A program made the translations under genes and the position numbers. Of a stretch of 64,000 nucleotides of DNA, positions 23,627-37,238 are shown in pieces (within the stretch, counting starts at the first letter, position 1; every line of letters starts with the position of its first letter). The stretch lies in the NCBI GenBank assembly GCA_965649825.1, contig OZ287697.1, forward strand, positions 2,218,351 to 2,282,350, written 5' to 3'. A model generated the notes under the pieces. It had not been told where the DNA came from. It did not search any database and saw only the letters and a list, made by a program, of their open reading frames with translations. Source of the stretch: Penicillus capitatus. Its lineage: Eukaryota; Plantae; Chlorophyta.

Positions 23627-26391
23627 TCATTCTAAAATCCCATGTCTCTTGAGCCACCAAATGATGTTAATAATGTTCTCAAACTCAGTCTGTGGCCTGT
23701 CAAGTGAATGGCAATCGTCTGGAAAGACAAGAACCCGGACTTCTGGATGGTTTTTGCGCGATTTCAGAATGCTTGCATAACGAAGCGAATCGTTCATGGG
23801 TACGCGTGCATCACAAGCACCAAGCATAAACAGCATGGGTGCCTTTACTTGATCGATGTAAGCAATAGGAGATTTTTCTCGAAATGCTGTGAGTGTTTCT
23901 ACTGTAGGCGCAAGATTAAATAATTCCTTTCCCTGAAAGCAGATTTTGAAGCAGGCAGGCTTCGAAAAGTATGTGTGCTGGTTACCTTAGGTCCAAAGGT
24001 TTCGACATACGACCAGTCTGGGATATCGGAAGTATGAACGAGGCTAACAAGGCTAAGTACTGGATTGCGAAGAACCGAACATTTGAAGACATCTGGGTGT
24101 TGACCCATCAGATGTCCTACTAGAAATCCGCCATGGGACCCACCCGAAGCAGCCACCCTATTTGGATCTACATATCCTGCAAAAAGCCTCCCGGTTGGAG
24201 CACACAGCATTAGTGAAGTTGCCACACCTCTATCGATTGCAATGCTGAGGGATTTCATACAGTCTTCAACATCAACCGTTCCAACATGTCCTGGCAATGC
24301 CATGGTGAACTCCGTTCCATATCCAAGACTGCCTCGATAGTTTGGTGTGATAAAAGCAGCTCCCATCGAAAGCTGAAGCACCACAGAAGGTGTATATCTC
24401 TGAAAGACGCTACCATGTGGGCCACCATGCATGGTCAGAACAGCTGGCCGGGGACCTGAAGTGATGGACAATTGAGAAACAACGAAAGAGATAGTGTGTA
24501 TGTGTCTTGTATTGATACCTGTCCAGTTCTTCTTGCGAACTAGAATGGCTTCACAGTCTACAGGGGAATCTGGCCTGCCTGCCGGATAGTGATCTGGCTG
24601 GAATTTAATCTGAATCTGTTCAAGATCTTCCAGAGCTTCTAGGACGCATGGTTCCACTTCTGGTTGAAGCCCCTGACTGAGAAGTTTCCATTCATGATCC
24701 GAGTCAATCCGCCGAGCCACCAATTGAGGCGGCATCGTAAAAGAAGTGCGAACTGCGATCATAATTCCGTCACAGTGATAACGCAGAGCATAAGATGGAG
24801 ATGTCATTCCGACAGGCGTCAATGTGGTGACATCTCCACTATCCAAATGGATGGCAACAATGACAGCTTGAAAGCCAACCAAGGTTGTCACCAGCACACG
24901 TTTACTATCTGATGTACACTGACCCATCTGCACACAATCACGCAAAGACGGGCAGGACCTCACCGATGAAGTTGTTGGACATAGGATCGAAATTGAGGAC
25001 ATACAAACCCGGAAAGTTGTTCGGTGGCTCGGGCCGCTTAACATCTCCGACGACAAGTCTTCTCATTGACGTGAAGCCTTCTTCTGTTGTTTTCATCAGG
25101 GCCGCCGTGACCTAAACCAGCACAGGGATGTTGTTCTTCAAATCTCATCAGTTACTCTCCTGACTTTCGTCCAATCCAAGGCATAGAGGCGATTTCCAGA
25201 ATCGTGGATGCCCTGCTCTGCTGCATGTTCAGAAGAGAAGAAAATAAGTGTCTTCTCGTCAGGAGACATAGAAGGACAGAACGCTGTTGTCAGGTCGTTT
25301 GTCAGACACACTGCCTGTTGGGCCCTCGGAACATCTCTCTCGTCCACAGGGACATAGTAGAGTTTGCATGGACGATTCATGCAGTAAACAAACCCCAGTT
25401 TCAGTGCTGTGTTGTTGAAATTTGACTGAATGTGTGACCATGCAGTAAAAATGATGCCAGAGTCTCCAGGTGCCCAGATAGGATGTCCACAGCTGTGGTC
25501 CTCAGGCAAACTGTGTAGTTTTCGTATGGAATCCGTCTTCAAGTCAAAAATATATATGCATGGTCGCTTCACGGAGGACTGTCTCTCTCCCCAGGATGGT
25601 TCATAGGTATCCACGCCTTTCCAAGTCTTGGATGATGCATTCACAGAAGTCTCCTCTTTATCATTTGACTCCGACGTCCACTTTCCCCACTCTGGCAGCT
25701 TTTGCGGTGGGCGAGCCTAGATCAACAAAATTCATCGGCCGACGCTCTCTACTGCCAAGGACTCAAAAAGAGATCGCACTTCGGCAACATAAGCAATCTT
25801 GGATTCGTCATAGCTCCAAGAAGCTCCCCCGGAGAAGAGCCCGTCATTTATGACATCCCCGTGCAAGGTGTCTGGAACATTCAGTCTCGAAATGCATTTG
25901 GGACCAACCCAGATTTCGAAAACAGCAGCATCTGTCCCATCACCTTTTGTGACCGTGAACACCTTGTTCCCTACAAATGCGTTTTGTCTGTCACTATCAT
26001 CTTTAATTTCTTGCCTGAAGATGATGGTGTCCAGACAACAGTGTCTTTCACTTCTTGAGGACAGCTCTCGGCTCCAAAGCTCTCCAGATTGCGCGGATCC
26101 AATAGTGTGGCGTTTAGCATAACACTGGACTTCGTGTTTTGTGCAATTTTCCGCTGAGAATAGTAAAACTGAGCAAACAAACATACTTGTCTAGCCCGTC
26201 GCTGAACGAACGTGGCAGAAGGACAGTACCGAAAAATTGATCGGCGCGCCACGCTCCGTCTGTCTGTGCGTGACTCGAGAAAGAGAAGGGAGTTTGAGAA
26301 AGTCCTCGAGCGTCTTCGCCTCTTTCTTTAAGTCGCCCACGCTCTGGCTGTTCACTTCCGCCTCTGTCCCTCTTGGCTCTGTCGTTGCCAT
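23627..26391 (-). CDS. AARE: Acylamino-acid-releasing enzyme (S9C peptidase)
   Basis: Beta-propeller segments (EPSWGE; GHPIWAP; MNRPCKLY), [14 protein letters not shown], nucleophile GGSHGG, CDARVP (Asp), DDCHSL (His). Confidence 0.9.
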
Positions 26392-26670
26392 CGCAAAGCT
26401 AAAGCACAAGTTGTTGGCTACAAGAACAAAACACTGCTGAGAGGTTTGCCTTTTGAAGTGGCTAGAACTGTTGCGACACCACGCGGCAGAAGACTTCGGT
26501 CGTTTTCTCGAACACAGTACGAAATGACGGCGAAACGTTGCAAAACGAGAGAAACGTGTTGAAGCCGTCATTGTGTTCCATTCTCGTCGACGTGGTTTGG
26601 AGATCAGAGTCGTTTGAGAGCACGCCGCCATATCTGTATCAGATGCAGATGGGCTGCGAACGGTGATCAT

Positions 26671-29333
26671 TTATGAAAGATCTGAGATCACACCTACACC
26701 AGAAAGCAGTCCCTGGGTCTGATCTCTTATGACAAGCACATCTCCTGTCCTCAACCATTCGGGTCTCGTTTGAAACTGAAAACGGATCCGTGCAATACAT
26801 CCACCTGCAACAGCATCTTCTCCCAGTCTGCTTGCCATGACAGCAGCGGCTTTGACAGCTGAAGGCAATTTCTGAACTGATTGGCTCGACACATCCAATT
26901 CCTCCATAGATGTGACTGAGGCGGATTGGCGTATGCCCCCGCAGTAGACTTCAACAGTATAGCATCCTTGATGTTTCTTCTTGGGCCGAAGTGGACTACA
27001 GCTTCTCAATCGAACACTGTTGAGATCGTTGCAGGATCCACTGCTTTGACTGTCACTTTCTGAATCGGGAGGTACATGAGGTGGCCACTTGCCAGAGATT
27101 AAACCTCTGGGAGGCCATTGTCCGCCTGCCAAATAGAGAATGGCTTCAAAGCATCCGTGAGTTGTAGCATCTGTTTCGGCGCTAAGCAATGCTGTTCCTT
27201 CCAGAGCTGAAGGATTTCTAGATCCACATGGGACTCCGCAATTCATGCTCGCTTCCCTCAACTCAAGCCGAATTCTTTTGATGACACTGCATTCTGTTTC
27301 TTCTTTTTCTTCATGCACGTCGCCATCATCATAGCTGGATACAACGCCTTCACTGGTTTGCTCTTCTGTGCCCGAAAGTGGCTCTTCAGCGGTGACTGAT
27401 ATCGTTGCTGTCTGTCCAGCTGATATACTTCGTACGGGTACTTGATTGCATCTGAGAGTTTTGATTCTCACAGAATCGAACTTTCCGTCAGAATCGGGAC
27501 CAAGACGTAGTAGTTGTCCGATCTCTATTGAACCTAATAAACGACAAAACTTACCCATTAGAAATGAAACAGACCGTTGGACACCAGAAAGAAGTGTCCC
27601 CGACAGAATGTTTCCTGCTTGGGTCAACTCCAAAATCTCATCAATTTGGAAATGGCTGACTGTTCTGTTTGCCATATCTAAGTCTCTTGTGGCAATCCTG
27701 GACTTTAAGGCATTTAGTAGGGTGTGCAATAGTCGAAGTCCTATCACAAGCATAGTGTCTACGTGCAATGAAATTGTCAGCAGTTAGACACCTCACCAGT
27801 ACCGGATACAGTTGATATCCTCAAAAACGCCGATCCACATGCAGCCTTTGTGCTGAAAGTCGTCAAGTTTGACAGCTGTGCAGCGACTGAAATGACATCT
27901 TCTTCGTTCAAGAGTTCTTGTATAAAGCTTTCGTTCTGGAGACAGTCACAGGCTAGAGGAGGTGCATAGATGGAAGCAAAGGCGTCGCACTCTCAGTTTG
28001 GAGGGCAAGGTAGAGCCAATTGCAGCATTGATGGAACGGTAAAGGTCGTTGATATCTTTCAACAAGACTTCCGTCGCCTTATCGGTCGACACATCTGTCT
28101 TCGTCAACACGAAGATGAGAGGTAGGTCCAATGCCACTGCAACGGTCATCTGCTGAATGCAGACGTCTGTCACTCCTTCCAACGGAGACACACAGACGAG
28201 AACATAATCAGGAATCATGGCTGTCAGGCCTACACACAATACGACCTCAAAGAATGAATGCATCAAACATGTGATGATGGGTACCGCGAATAACGGTTTT
28301 CAGAAACTTCTCATGGCCTCCCATGTCTATCAAACTAACACGCTGAGAGGCCACGACACCAATCTCTGCGGGTGTCATTGTTGACAGACCACTGTAGTTT
28401 AAGACTTGACCATCATCTTGATAGCCAAGAAAATGCTTGGTGACGGTGGATGTGTGACCAGTCTCGATTTCATGCTTGTGTTTGAGAATGCTTGTCCGTG
28501 CACTGCCTTGTCCATCGTCCAACATGGGTTCTCTATCATCGCCATTCGTCAGACAAGCAATAAGAGTGCTCTTGCCAGCATCCATTGGGCCAAGGACTGT
28601 TAAGAAAAGAAAACGATAGAAACTGGACCTGCAACCTAGCAGAGACCTCCTATTCTGATTCCTGGAGCTGTGAGGCGTTCTGTCAGTTGTCTGACGACTT
28701 TAACCACCGCACAATGGCGCTCATAGCCTCCCAGAAATCTCCATTTGATTTCTGCTTTAGCATGTAACAGTTCGGCCATTTGGAACACTCCATCAATAGA
28801 CTGTTGAAGTTCTTCAGGAAGCAGTCCTCGCGGATAGCCATCGTCCGCCACCCCCAGACAGTAGTAGCATACTCCATTGCCTTCAGAGAGTCGAAATTTC
28901 ATTTGTGTGACCTACAAATAGTGTGCAACAGCTTTCCACTGTTGTATCATAAAGAACCAGCACCAGTTGTTGAAACCGAACAGAATTTGGATCCTTAATC
29001 TTCAGTTTGTATTCAATAGAGCCATCCTCCACTTCAGGATAGAACCAGTCAACAGACATGTCTTTCGGTGATTTCCTCTCTTCCATGTCTCGCAGTTGCT
29101 GTTCAGCAGATTCTCCTCTTTCCTGTGCCCTTGCTGCCGATTCGGCCAACTGTCGCTGTTTTCTGGCTTTGCTTCTGCGTTGCCTATTCTTGCGTCTGAT
29201 AAACGTGTGGCTGTGGAGCGGCCCTGCCCCCAGGGGTGCTGTACCTTCTTGGATGGACAGGATTGTCGACAGGCGAGACTGACGTCGACACCCATTCTGG
29301 TGAATGCTCTTCGGGCGCTAATGGCTCGTCCAT
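26671..29333 (-). CDS. GTP-binding protein GTPBP1/GTPBP2 family (translational GTPase)
   Basis: N-terminal EDGSIEYKLK...MKFRLSEGNGVCYYCLGVADDG; G1 GPMDAGKST; KHKHEIETGHTS; IDMGGHEKFLKT; TKTD; C-terminal RIRFQFQTRPEWLRTG...SGVG. Confidence 0.85.
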
Positions 29334-29416
29334 TCTTCATTAGAAAGACGAGCAGAAAGCACGACGACGCCAATCAAGTGCATTACGTACATCGGCAAGG
29401 ACGTCGTGTCGCACGC

Positions 29417-31307
29417 ATGTTCTGTTCCAGAGCACATCCTCGGCTATGCATTTTGGGCAGAGGAGCGAAGTCGAGTAAGTTGTGGAGAGATCTAAAAACG
29501 CATAGACGGGCAATGGAATCTGCCACGAAAGCTGAAAGTGTCGTTCGATTGGAATCTCTGGATCTTCGGGGACTTGCTGCAAGAGCCAGAGATTGGGCTT
29601 ATCTGAATGGACTGGTAATGCATTGCTTTTTATTGATTGGGGAATGTAACAATGGCAAGACTACGGTTAAGGTGATGCGCAGCCAACATTCACCGTCAGT
29701 CATTCATGCACCTATTGCTGTGTTGCCCTGTCCTTTCCCCAGAAGCGGTTTCCAGCGAGTAAGATGACTGATGCGATCAGAACATGAAGCACTTTATCAT
29801 CGTTATTTGTTCTCTAGGCCGTGGATGTCATGCCTTTGATGAACAGATTGTATGACAGTGTCAGTCAGGATGCTGAATTCTTAACATCCACACTAAAATC
29901 TGCAGCAGAATTCGATGACTTTACGGCAAATCTGTTAAAAATCTATGGAGACGTCAGAAAATTACAAGACAGTAAGAAAGAAACGGTACTGGGCATTCAT
30001 CGATCTGATTACATGCTCGATCAACCCTCTAACAGACTTCTACAGGCTCGATGCGTTTCATACACTGCACAACAGAGAATCCCAAAGAGACTTCTGTTCC
30101 TAGGTGGAGCTGAATACCATTGCTTCATCTTTTGGTGCTCTAAGCAGTCGGGTGTCGAAGCTACATTCATGCCTTTTGTCTTGGCCAGATATGGCATCTT
30201 TCGTATAATGTTTTGTGGCCGAGAGATTCCATGATGTGTCTTTCTGAAGGGCAGTGGTGAAACGGTGGACAATCAGGCAGTGATTAGCATCTGCAGCGCA
30301 TTGACTCTGGCTCACAATGCCACAGATCTACCGAACTCATCCATTCTGATGGTTGCAGAGCACGACGACAGCAACCTTTACGACCAACAAGTGGGTGGCG
30401 AGAAAGTCAAGATGTATCTTCTTGTATCCGGGTGTGATTTTAGTGGATCACTTCGACTTTACTAGAAAATCACGGCATTGCTGTTATCCGAAAGCCTCTC
30501 TCAGAGATCATGGACTGCTCTGTTCTGGACGACAGTCGGAATCTGATTGTGGATGGGAAGACAGTCTCTGTGGTCTATTATCGCTCAGGCTATTCCCCTG
30601 TTTCCTATCCAACGCAGAGGGAATGGGAAGCGCGGAGACGTATAGAAATCAGTTCTGCCTGCAAATGTCCATCCATCAGTTATCATTTGACTGGAACCAA
30701 GAAGATCCAACAGGAATTGGCTAAACCAGGAAGACTGGAAAGATACTTGGATACAGACGAATGTCAACGCGTCCGTGAATTCTTTGCTGGACTGTGGGGA
30801 TTGGAAGATCTGTCAGATCCAGATGTCGATTCCATTGTTCAAACCGCAGTGCGTGAACCTGATGGGTTTGTTTTGAAACCCCAGAGAGAAGGCGGCGGAA
30901 ATAATCTCTACGGTAGAAAGCACTGAAAGGAAGAACTGTAACTGAGGTCACTGTTCATACAAGGTGAGGATGCAGCTGCCGTTTTGTCCAAAAGAAAGGG
31001 ACTGGCTGCATATGTTCTCATGCAACGCATTCGCCCTGAGAGACATCGGTCGGTGCTTCTCAGAGGTGAAGAGCATTTCATTGAAGACACCGTTTCAGAA
31101 CTTGGAATCTATGGAACATTCATCCGAAGGGGAACAGAGATCCTTCTGAATCAAAGTGCTGGTCATCTGCTGCGAACAAAGGTCTTCAAACAGCCCAGTC
31201 CAATTGCAGATACTTTCATGTGTGAGTGGTAGGTGGCATCATCGGATGAAGGAGGAGTGGCTGCAGGCTTCGCTGTTCTCGATTCTCCGTACTTGGTAGA
31301 TGGATGA
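29417..31307 (+). CDS. GSH2: Eukaryotic glutathione synthetase
   Basis: DWAYLNGL, HAPIAVLP, LGIHRSDYM, KCPSISYHLTGTKKIQQEL, FVLKPQREGGGNN, VSELGIYG, EGGVAAGFAVLDS. Confidence 0.95.
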
Positions 31308-31497
31308 TTGATGTGACGTATTGCGGTGCGCGGTCTGCTTGTTGTCGCGTCGATGCGCGTGCTCTCGAGAGTCAGTCAGTCCTTTAAAAACATCATCGAT
31401 TCGTTAAGATTCGCAACTGAGATTCTCTTCGTGACTCAGAGAATCTCGGCAAACGCAATCTTGCGGTTATTACTCGACAAACGATAGCTTCTGTAAG

Positions 31498-33103
31498 ATG
31501 CGGCTATTTGAAGAACAGCCTGTCTACTTGGTAGACATGCACTGCTATAAACCGCCAGATGAACTCAGAATGGACACGGACAAGGCTATAGACATCTGGA
31601 GACAGAAGAAGGTGTACTAGCGAGTTCTGTTATAGCATTTAGAACGATCCTCTTCTTTGGATACTAGGCCTATGAGGAATCTGTCATAGATTTCAATCAG
31701 AAGATCACCAGTCGATCTGGGCTGTCCACAACGCATACGCATTTGATGAAACATTTGAATCCGGAGCATTGTGGATTGGAATACAAGATAGGGATCAACG
31801 AAGCGATGGAAGAGGCGCAGATGTGTTTGTTTGGTGCTGTCGAAGGACTTTTGCAACAAACGAACATCAAGCCTACAGATGTGGATATTCTGATCAGCTG
31901 TTGTTCGATCTTCTGTCCAACCCCGTCGATGACGGCAGTCATTGTGAATCGTTTCAAGATGCGTTCAGACATTCAGTCATACCATTTGGGCGGAATGGGA
32001 TGCTCAATGGGCGTCGTCTCTGTGAACTTGGTCAGGGATTTACTAAAAGCACATCCAAACTCTATCGCCATGCTATGCACAACAGAGACAACGACTCCTG
32101 CCTTCTACACTGGCACAGATCGAAGTAGGCTGGTGACGAACCTGCTCTTTCGAATGGGAGGAGCAGCTATGCTCTTTACAAACAAACCCTCTAACAGACT
32201 ACAGCCAAAATATCAACTCAAGACGGCGATCCGTGTACATCAAGGCATTCGAGACACTGCCTATGCGTAGAGACCCCATTATGGTGCGTATAGTGGATTT
32301 CGAGTGCCTTGATGATTGTAGGTGTATTCGTTACTCCCCGGATGATGAGGGGATCAATGGGATCTATCTCGGCAAGGATGTCGTGGCTGAAGCCAGCAAA
32401 GGACTGGAGAAGGCTATCACGAAGATCGCACCCAAAGTACTAGGTTTTGGACAGATTGCCCTGTTTCTGCTAACGGAATTGCGGCGACGTTTCAACCGCA
32501 AGATCAAACCTTTTGATCCAAATTTCGACAAATGTCTGGATCATGTCCTTATTCATGCAGGTCGGCATCTTGGCTGGTATATCTCACTCAACCTGTCTCT
32601 GCAATACCATGCAGGTGGCGCAAAAGTACTCGAAGGGCTTGGAAAGAAGCTGCAGTTCAGCGAGTACAAGCTAAAGCCTTCTTATGATGTTCTCTACTAC
32701 TATGGCAATGTCTCATCTTCTACTACGTGGTACACTCTGAGCAATATCGAATCTTTGAGAGGTGTACGCAAAGGGGACAAGATTATGCAGGTTTGTTAAG
32801 GACATGTGCAGAGGATAGATGGATGGGTCTTTGTAGGTTGGCGTCGGTTCTGGTTTGAAGTGTGGTGTGAATCTCTGGGTTGCCTGTCGTGACATATGGG
32901 AAGTGCACAATTCCTGGAAACAAGTGGCAGAAGAGAGAGGTGTGAAACCCAGGTGGCATCGACGTTCATGGAGGAGCTCTCTGGTCCAAGTCTTCCTCCT
33001 GTCTCTTCTGCTATTTGCTGTTGTCGCAGTCCTCAGCTTTGTGGACGTTCCTTGGGTGACAGCCATTCTAAAGAATGGTCTTTCACAGCACCTCGAACTA
33101 TAG
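31498..33103 (+). CDS. 3-ketoacyl-CoA synthase (FAE1/KCS-type very-long-chain fatty-acid elongase condensing enzyme)
   Basis: VYLVD, EAMEEAQMCLFGAV, CSIFCPTPSM, HLGGMGCS (catalytic Cys), LFRMGGAA, HAGG, YGNVSSST, GVGSGLKC. Confidence 0.9.
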
Positions 33104-33337
33104 AATGCCTCTTGCTTTGCTTGCCACACCATCATCATTATCACAGATGGCACGCTGACATTCATTGATTGCTTTAACTGTTCACTGAAGTCCGCGTGAT
33201 CCATTGCTGTTTTTGTTGTTCAGACATATCTCGCTCGGCAATTCGAGTGTTGGGACTGTTCCAGGAAAACAGGTGACAGACACCCACCGTGCGGATTATT
33301 TACTACACAGGGTCAGAGTTCACGCAACGACACTTTA

Positions 33338-36300
33338 TCATGGACTCAATCGAGACAACAGACATACCCAGTCTGCTAACTGCCCTTCATGCTTTAGTAA
33401 ACTTTGTAGGACAGAGGGCAATCGATTTCGCCACTCAATAGCCATGACTGAATCTTCTTCAGCCTCGCAGACGTCATCTACTCTTCTCTTCAGCCAGGTG
33501 AAAAGGACATCTGGTCTGGGGAAAACACAGACGTTCGAGAACGGTGCATCCAGTAAGGAGAGGAGATGCATCAGTGTCATTTCTAGTTGGTTTTTCAATC
33601 CCTCGTGGTACTTGAAATTCGGGAAAGAGGCATCCACTGTTGGTCGGATGAGTTCGTTATCTGATTGCTGTTCTTCCTGAATGTTTTGTGATCCATCTTG
33701 TAAGATATGCAATCGTCTTGCCACTGCAGAGATTGCTGGAAAGAACATGTCTTGAAATGAAATTCTGATCGAAACATTGTCCAGAGCAGCAGCAGCTTGC
33801 ATTTGAACTTTAAAGTTCGGGTTTTCGTTGACAAGATGCACAAGATGACCGATTAACTCTGAAAGCGTTCCGTTCATACCAACTGTTGCTCTGAGACTGT
33901 TATTGGATGCAAGGCTTCCTGTGGCGTAACAGGCATTCCATTTGACTTTAGCACTGCTCGTTTGAAGACTGGTTTGTAAACAGTCCACGGCATCATTCAA
34001 CCATCCATCTGACACTTCAACATCTGCCAGACATTCATTTCCTCTATCTAACCAAGACGACAATGCAACACGAAAGGACCTGAAAAGCAGGTCTCGCGGA
34101 GCAGATGTCCAAGTGCACGTATCCCGTTCGCTCTGACCTTTTCGTGATCTCTTGAAGCGGCAATGGCAGCTTGTGCCAGGGGCTTCAGAGAGACCGCATC
34201 TCTTGAAATGTAGGGTAATGTACTGGGATTTCTTGCTATGAGATCGGCAACATTTGCCAACGACCACGAGGAGGATATCCGAACAGAGATTGTTGGATTC
34301 TCGAGACTCGTTGCCAATACACAAACGGCCTTATCATACATCTCCTGAAATGCATAAAGAAGTTGGAGATTGTGCAGAAGGACATCTGTCTGTCTTGATA
34401 AACCTTGTCGGATAAGAAATATCCAGCATTGACCAAATCTCCAATCATCCGACATGCCGAAGAGCGTACTGCGACAACGGGATCTTCTACAGCCGCACTG
34501 AGTGCAGCACTCAAGCATTTCTGAAGCACAGGCGGTGGCAGCAGCGTCAGCACAGCCTGACACGCTCCTCCAATCTCCGTCAGAGCTGCCGATCGCAAAA
34601 CCGGCGATGGATGTGTGAAAGAAGGAACAATATGCAGAGGCACATTGGCAGCAGCATTCTTCAGGAGATGAGGATCCTCCATGAGCACAGCATTTGCTGT
34701 CAATGCTCCAAAAAGACGAATGGACTGCTGTGCGGCCTTCTCCTCTGAGCCAGAGTGTTCCATCGGTCCCTGGATGACATTTTTATTAAGGAGTGTCGCC
34801 ACATCATGCCATCTCTCTAGACAGCAGCACTCAAGGCATTGGCGCTGCATGCGATTTCTACAGTTCTACTTTTGAAGAGATCACTGTAGTTTGTTGCTGC
34901 ACATGTTAATGCAGCGAGCGCTTCGGATCGAACAACATCTCTGTGTGAGTGTGCAACTGAAAAGAGAGCATCCAACAGTGACCATCCAGGGCGCTTGTGT
35001 TCCAGAAATGACTGAATTCTCTGACTCAGTCTTCCTTGGTTATGTTCAGAACCTGAGGTGTCATCCAAGTACTCTTCGAGTTTAGCATCGGTAGGTGACG
35101 ATCCAAGAATGGTGCGTAGTGCGATCATGCAGGCTGTTTCTCTTGCCACATCGCCATCCCCGTTCTCATGGTAACGCGTCCATTGTTTCTGAATAGACTT
35201 CACCATTCTGGTTCGCAGATCCGATGGCATTCGGTCATATCGTGTCGAAGAGACAAGACTGTTCAGTGTTCTGAAAAGATGGGGAATGACGGAAAGCTTT
35301 TCTTCATTCTCAATTCCGTGCAGGAGTCCATCGTGAAGGGCAAGCACCATCCGTCCCAAAGACAAGGACAGTGTTGTAAACCCTCGAATGGCTGAAGAGT
35401 CACGATCGGAGTACTTGGCAACGGAGAGAAAGCCTTTCTGTGTCCGACCTTCCATAAGAGTTGCAATTGTTCCAGCTGCAGCCATTCTAACCTGAATTGG
35501 ATCAGAAGAGAATCACAGAGGCCGCAGAGGAGAAGGACACCCATACTTGTGGATGAGGATCATAGAGAAGAACATTGATCAGATGTGGGCTGCTGGGAGA
35601 TCGCTGCAGAGGTTGTCTAAAGGGGAGGAGCACCCGCCAAAATGGATGTAGGCTTTTTCCGTCTACTTGTGACATTTTTTGCACGAGATTCAATGCCGCT
35701 AAGCGGATCTTGACAGTCTTGTGCTGATCTGAAGATCTTATTCCACCACATCCACCACTTGTTTCGCTCCCTGTCACCATCCATTCGCATCACAAAGTTG
35801 TCTGTCTGTCAGAAATCCCCACCTGATATGGTTGAACTGCTTGCAGAGGTATATCCACTTCCTTCATGACCTCTCCGGTGTGGAGGAACGTATCTACTGC
35901 TACTCCCGTCCGATGAAACATCTGATGTACTATCTGAAAAAGCAGACATGCTGCATGACGACTGAACGCCCACGGCAAGAAAATCTGGGATGACTTCCAT
36001 GAGTGCAGGGACATAAGACACATGGCTTCCACGTCCCTACAGGTAGAGCATTGGCAGAAGGAAGTCCTTCTTCATCCATTCAGACACTCATTTCGATGCT
36101 CACCTCAGAGATCAAAGTAGTGAGCGTATGCAAGAGCGACACATACATGCCAGATAGAAAGGGATTTTCAATGGGTTTTTGTCTGTGCAGAATGTTAGCC
36201 ACCACATCCATCATTTTCTCGACGGATTGTTGTTGGACATCACTTCTGTTTGCGAATAAAGCTTGGACTGCATCGGATGCAGCAGAACAGAGTTCGACAC

Positions 36301-37178
36301 TCAAAGTTATTCTTCCAGATTCCTGTCCCTGCAATCTCAACAACCGTTCTTAATTACCAAGAATGACGCACTCTGGAGTATGTGGAGTTTGGAGGCTTGT
36401 AACAATGTTTTGTCAAAGCTGTTGCGAAGATGTGTTCGAGAGATGATTGCATGTGAAAGGAAATCTGTTAGACATGAGGCATCACGATGTCTGTCTGCAT
36501 GCTTCACGCTCTATTGGATTACCTGAGACTGGAAAGCACTCAGAATGGCGCCCAAGGCTGTCACTGAATCCACCATGGTCCGATTCACACTGTCTGTATC
36601 CAAAGACTGTTCTGTCCACTGAAGGACCAACCGAATGAGATCTCTGAATCCACTCACACTCAGTGAAGCATTTGGGCGACTAAGAAGCTTTGTAAGGATT
36701 CGACAAAATGCATTGCAGACGTCCATCTGCACACTGATGCACAGGCAACCCATGCACATGTGGAGGGAGGGAGACCCACAAAATGCATTCTTTACTTGTC
36801 ATCACTCGTCGACACTTCTGTTTTTTGATCCATGCCGATGCAGCCCACCAAACTCAGGTATCCGCCAATTATTAACAAATCCGATTCGATCTAAAGAGCC
36901 GCGTGATGCAAATTGATGTCGTCGATTTTGAATCTCACTTCCTTGAATGATCGGGTGATGGTCTGCAGTGGAAGTTGGGACAAATCTGATAGTGCCTTGT
37001 TTAGACCCATTTCTGGTTCCAAATTCTGTTAACAGACATTTAGAGCGTATCTCTACTGAAGCAGGCAGCGTACAGAAGAGACACTCTCGAGCACTTGAAG
37101 CCATCTTTGGTGAATGTCCGCAACACTCTCCGACTTTCTCGTGGTTCGTCCGCGGCGTCCTCTTCGTCCACTCGACAT
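33338..37178 (-). CDS. HEATR6: HEAT repeat-containing protein 6-like (DUF4042)
   Basis: KIRLAAL...LHPFWRVLLP...LLYDPHPQVRMAAAGTIATLMEG (DUF4042-like); DHEKVRANGIRALG; KVKWNACYA; NPNFKVQMQAAAAL. Many short introns. Confidence 0.8.
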
Positions 37179-37238
37179 CGTTTAAAACAATAAATGAATG
37201 AATGACCGACCTGGAAGTGACAGGAATGGGAATGACGC

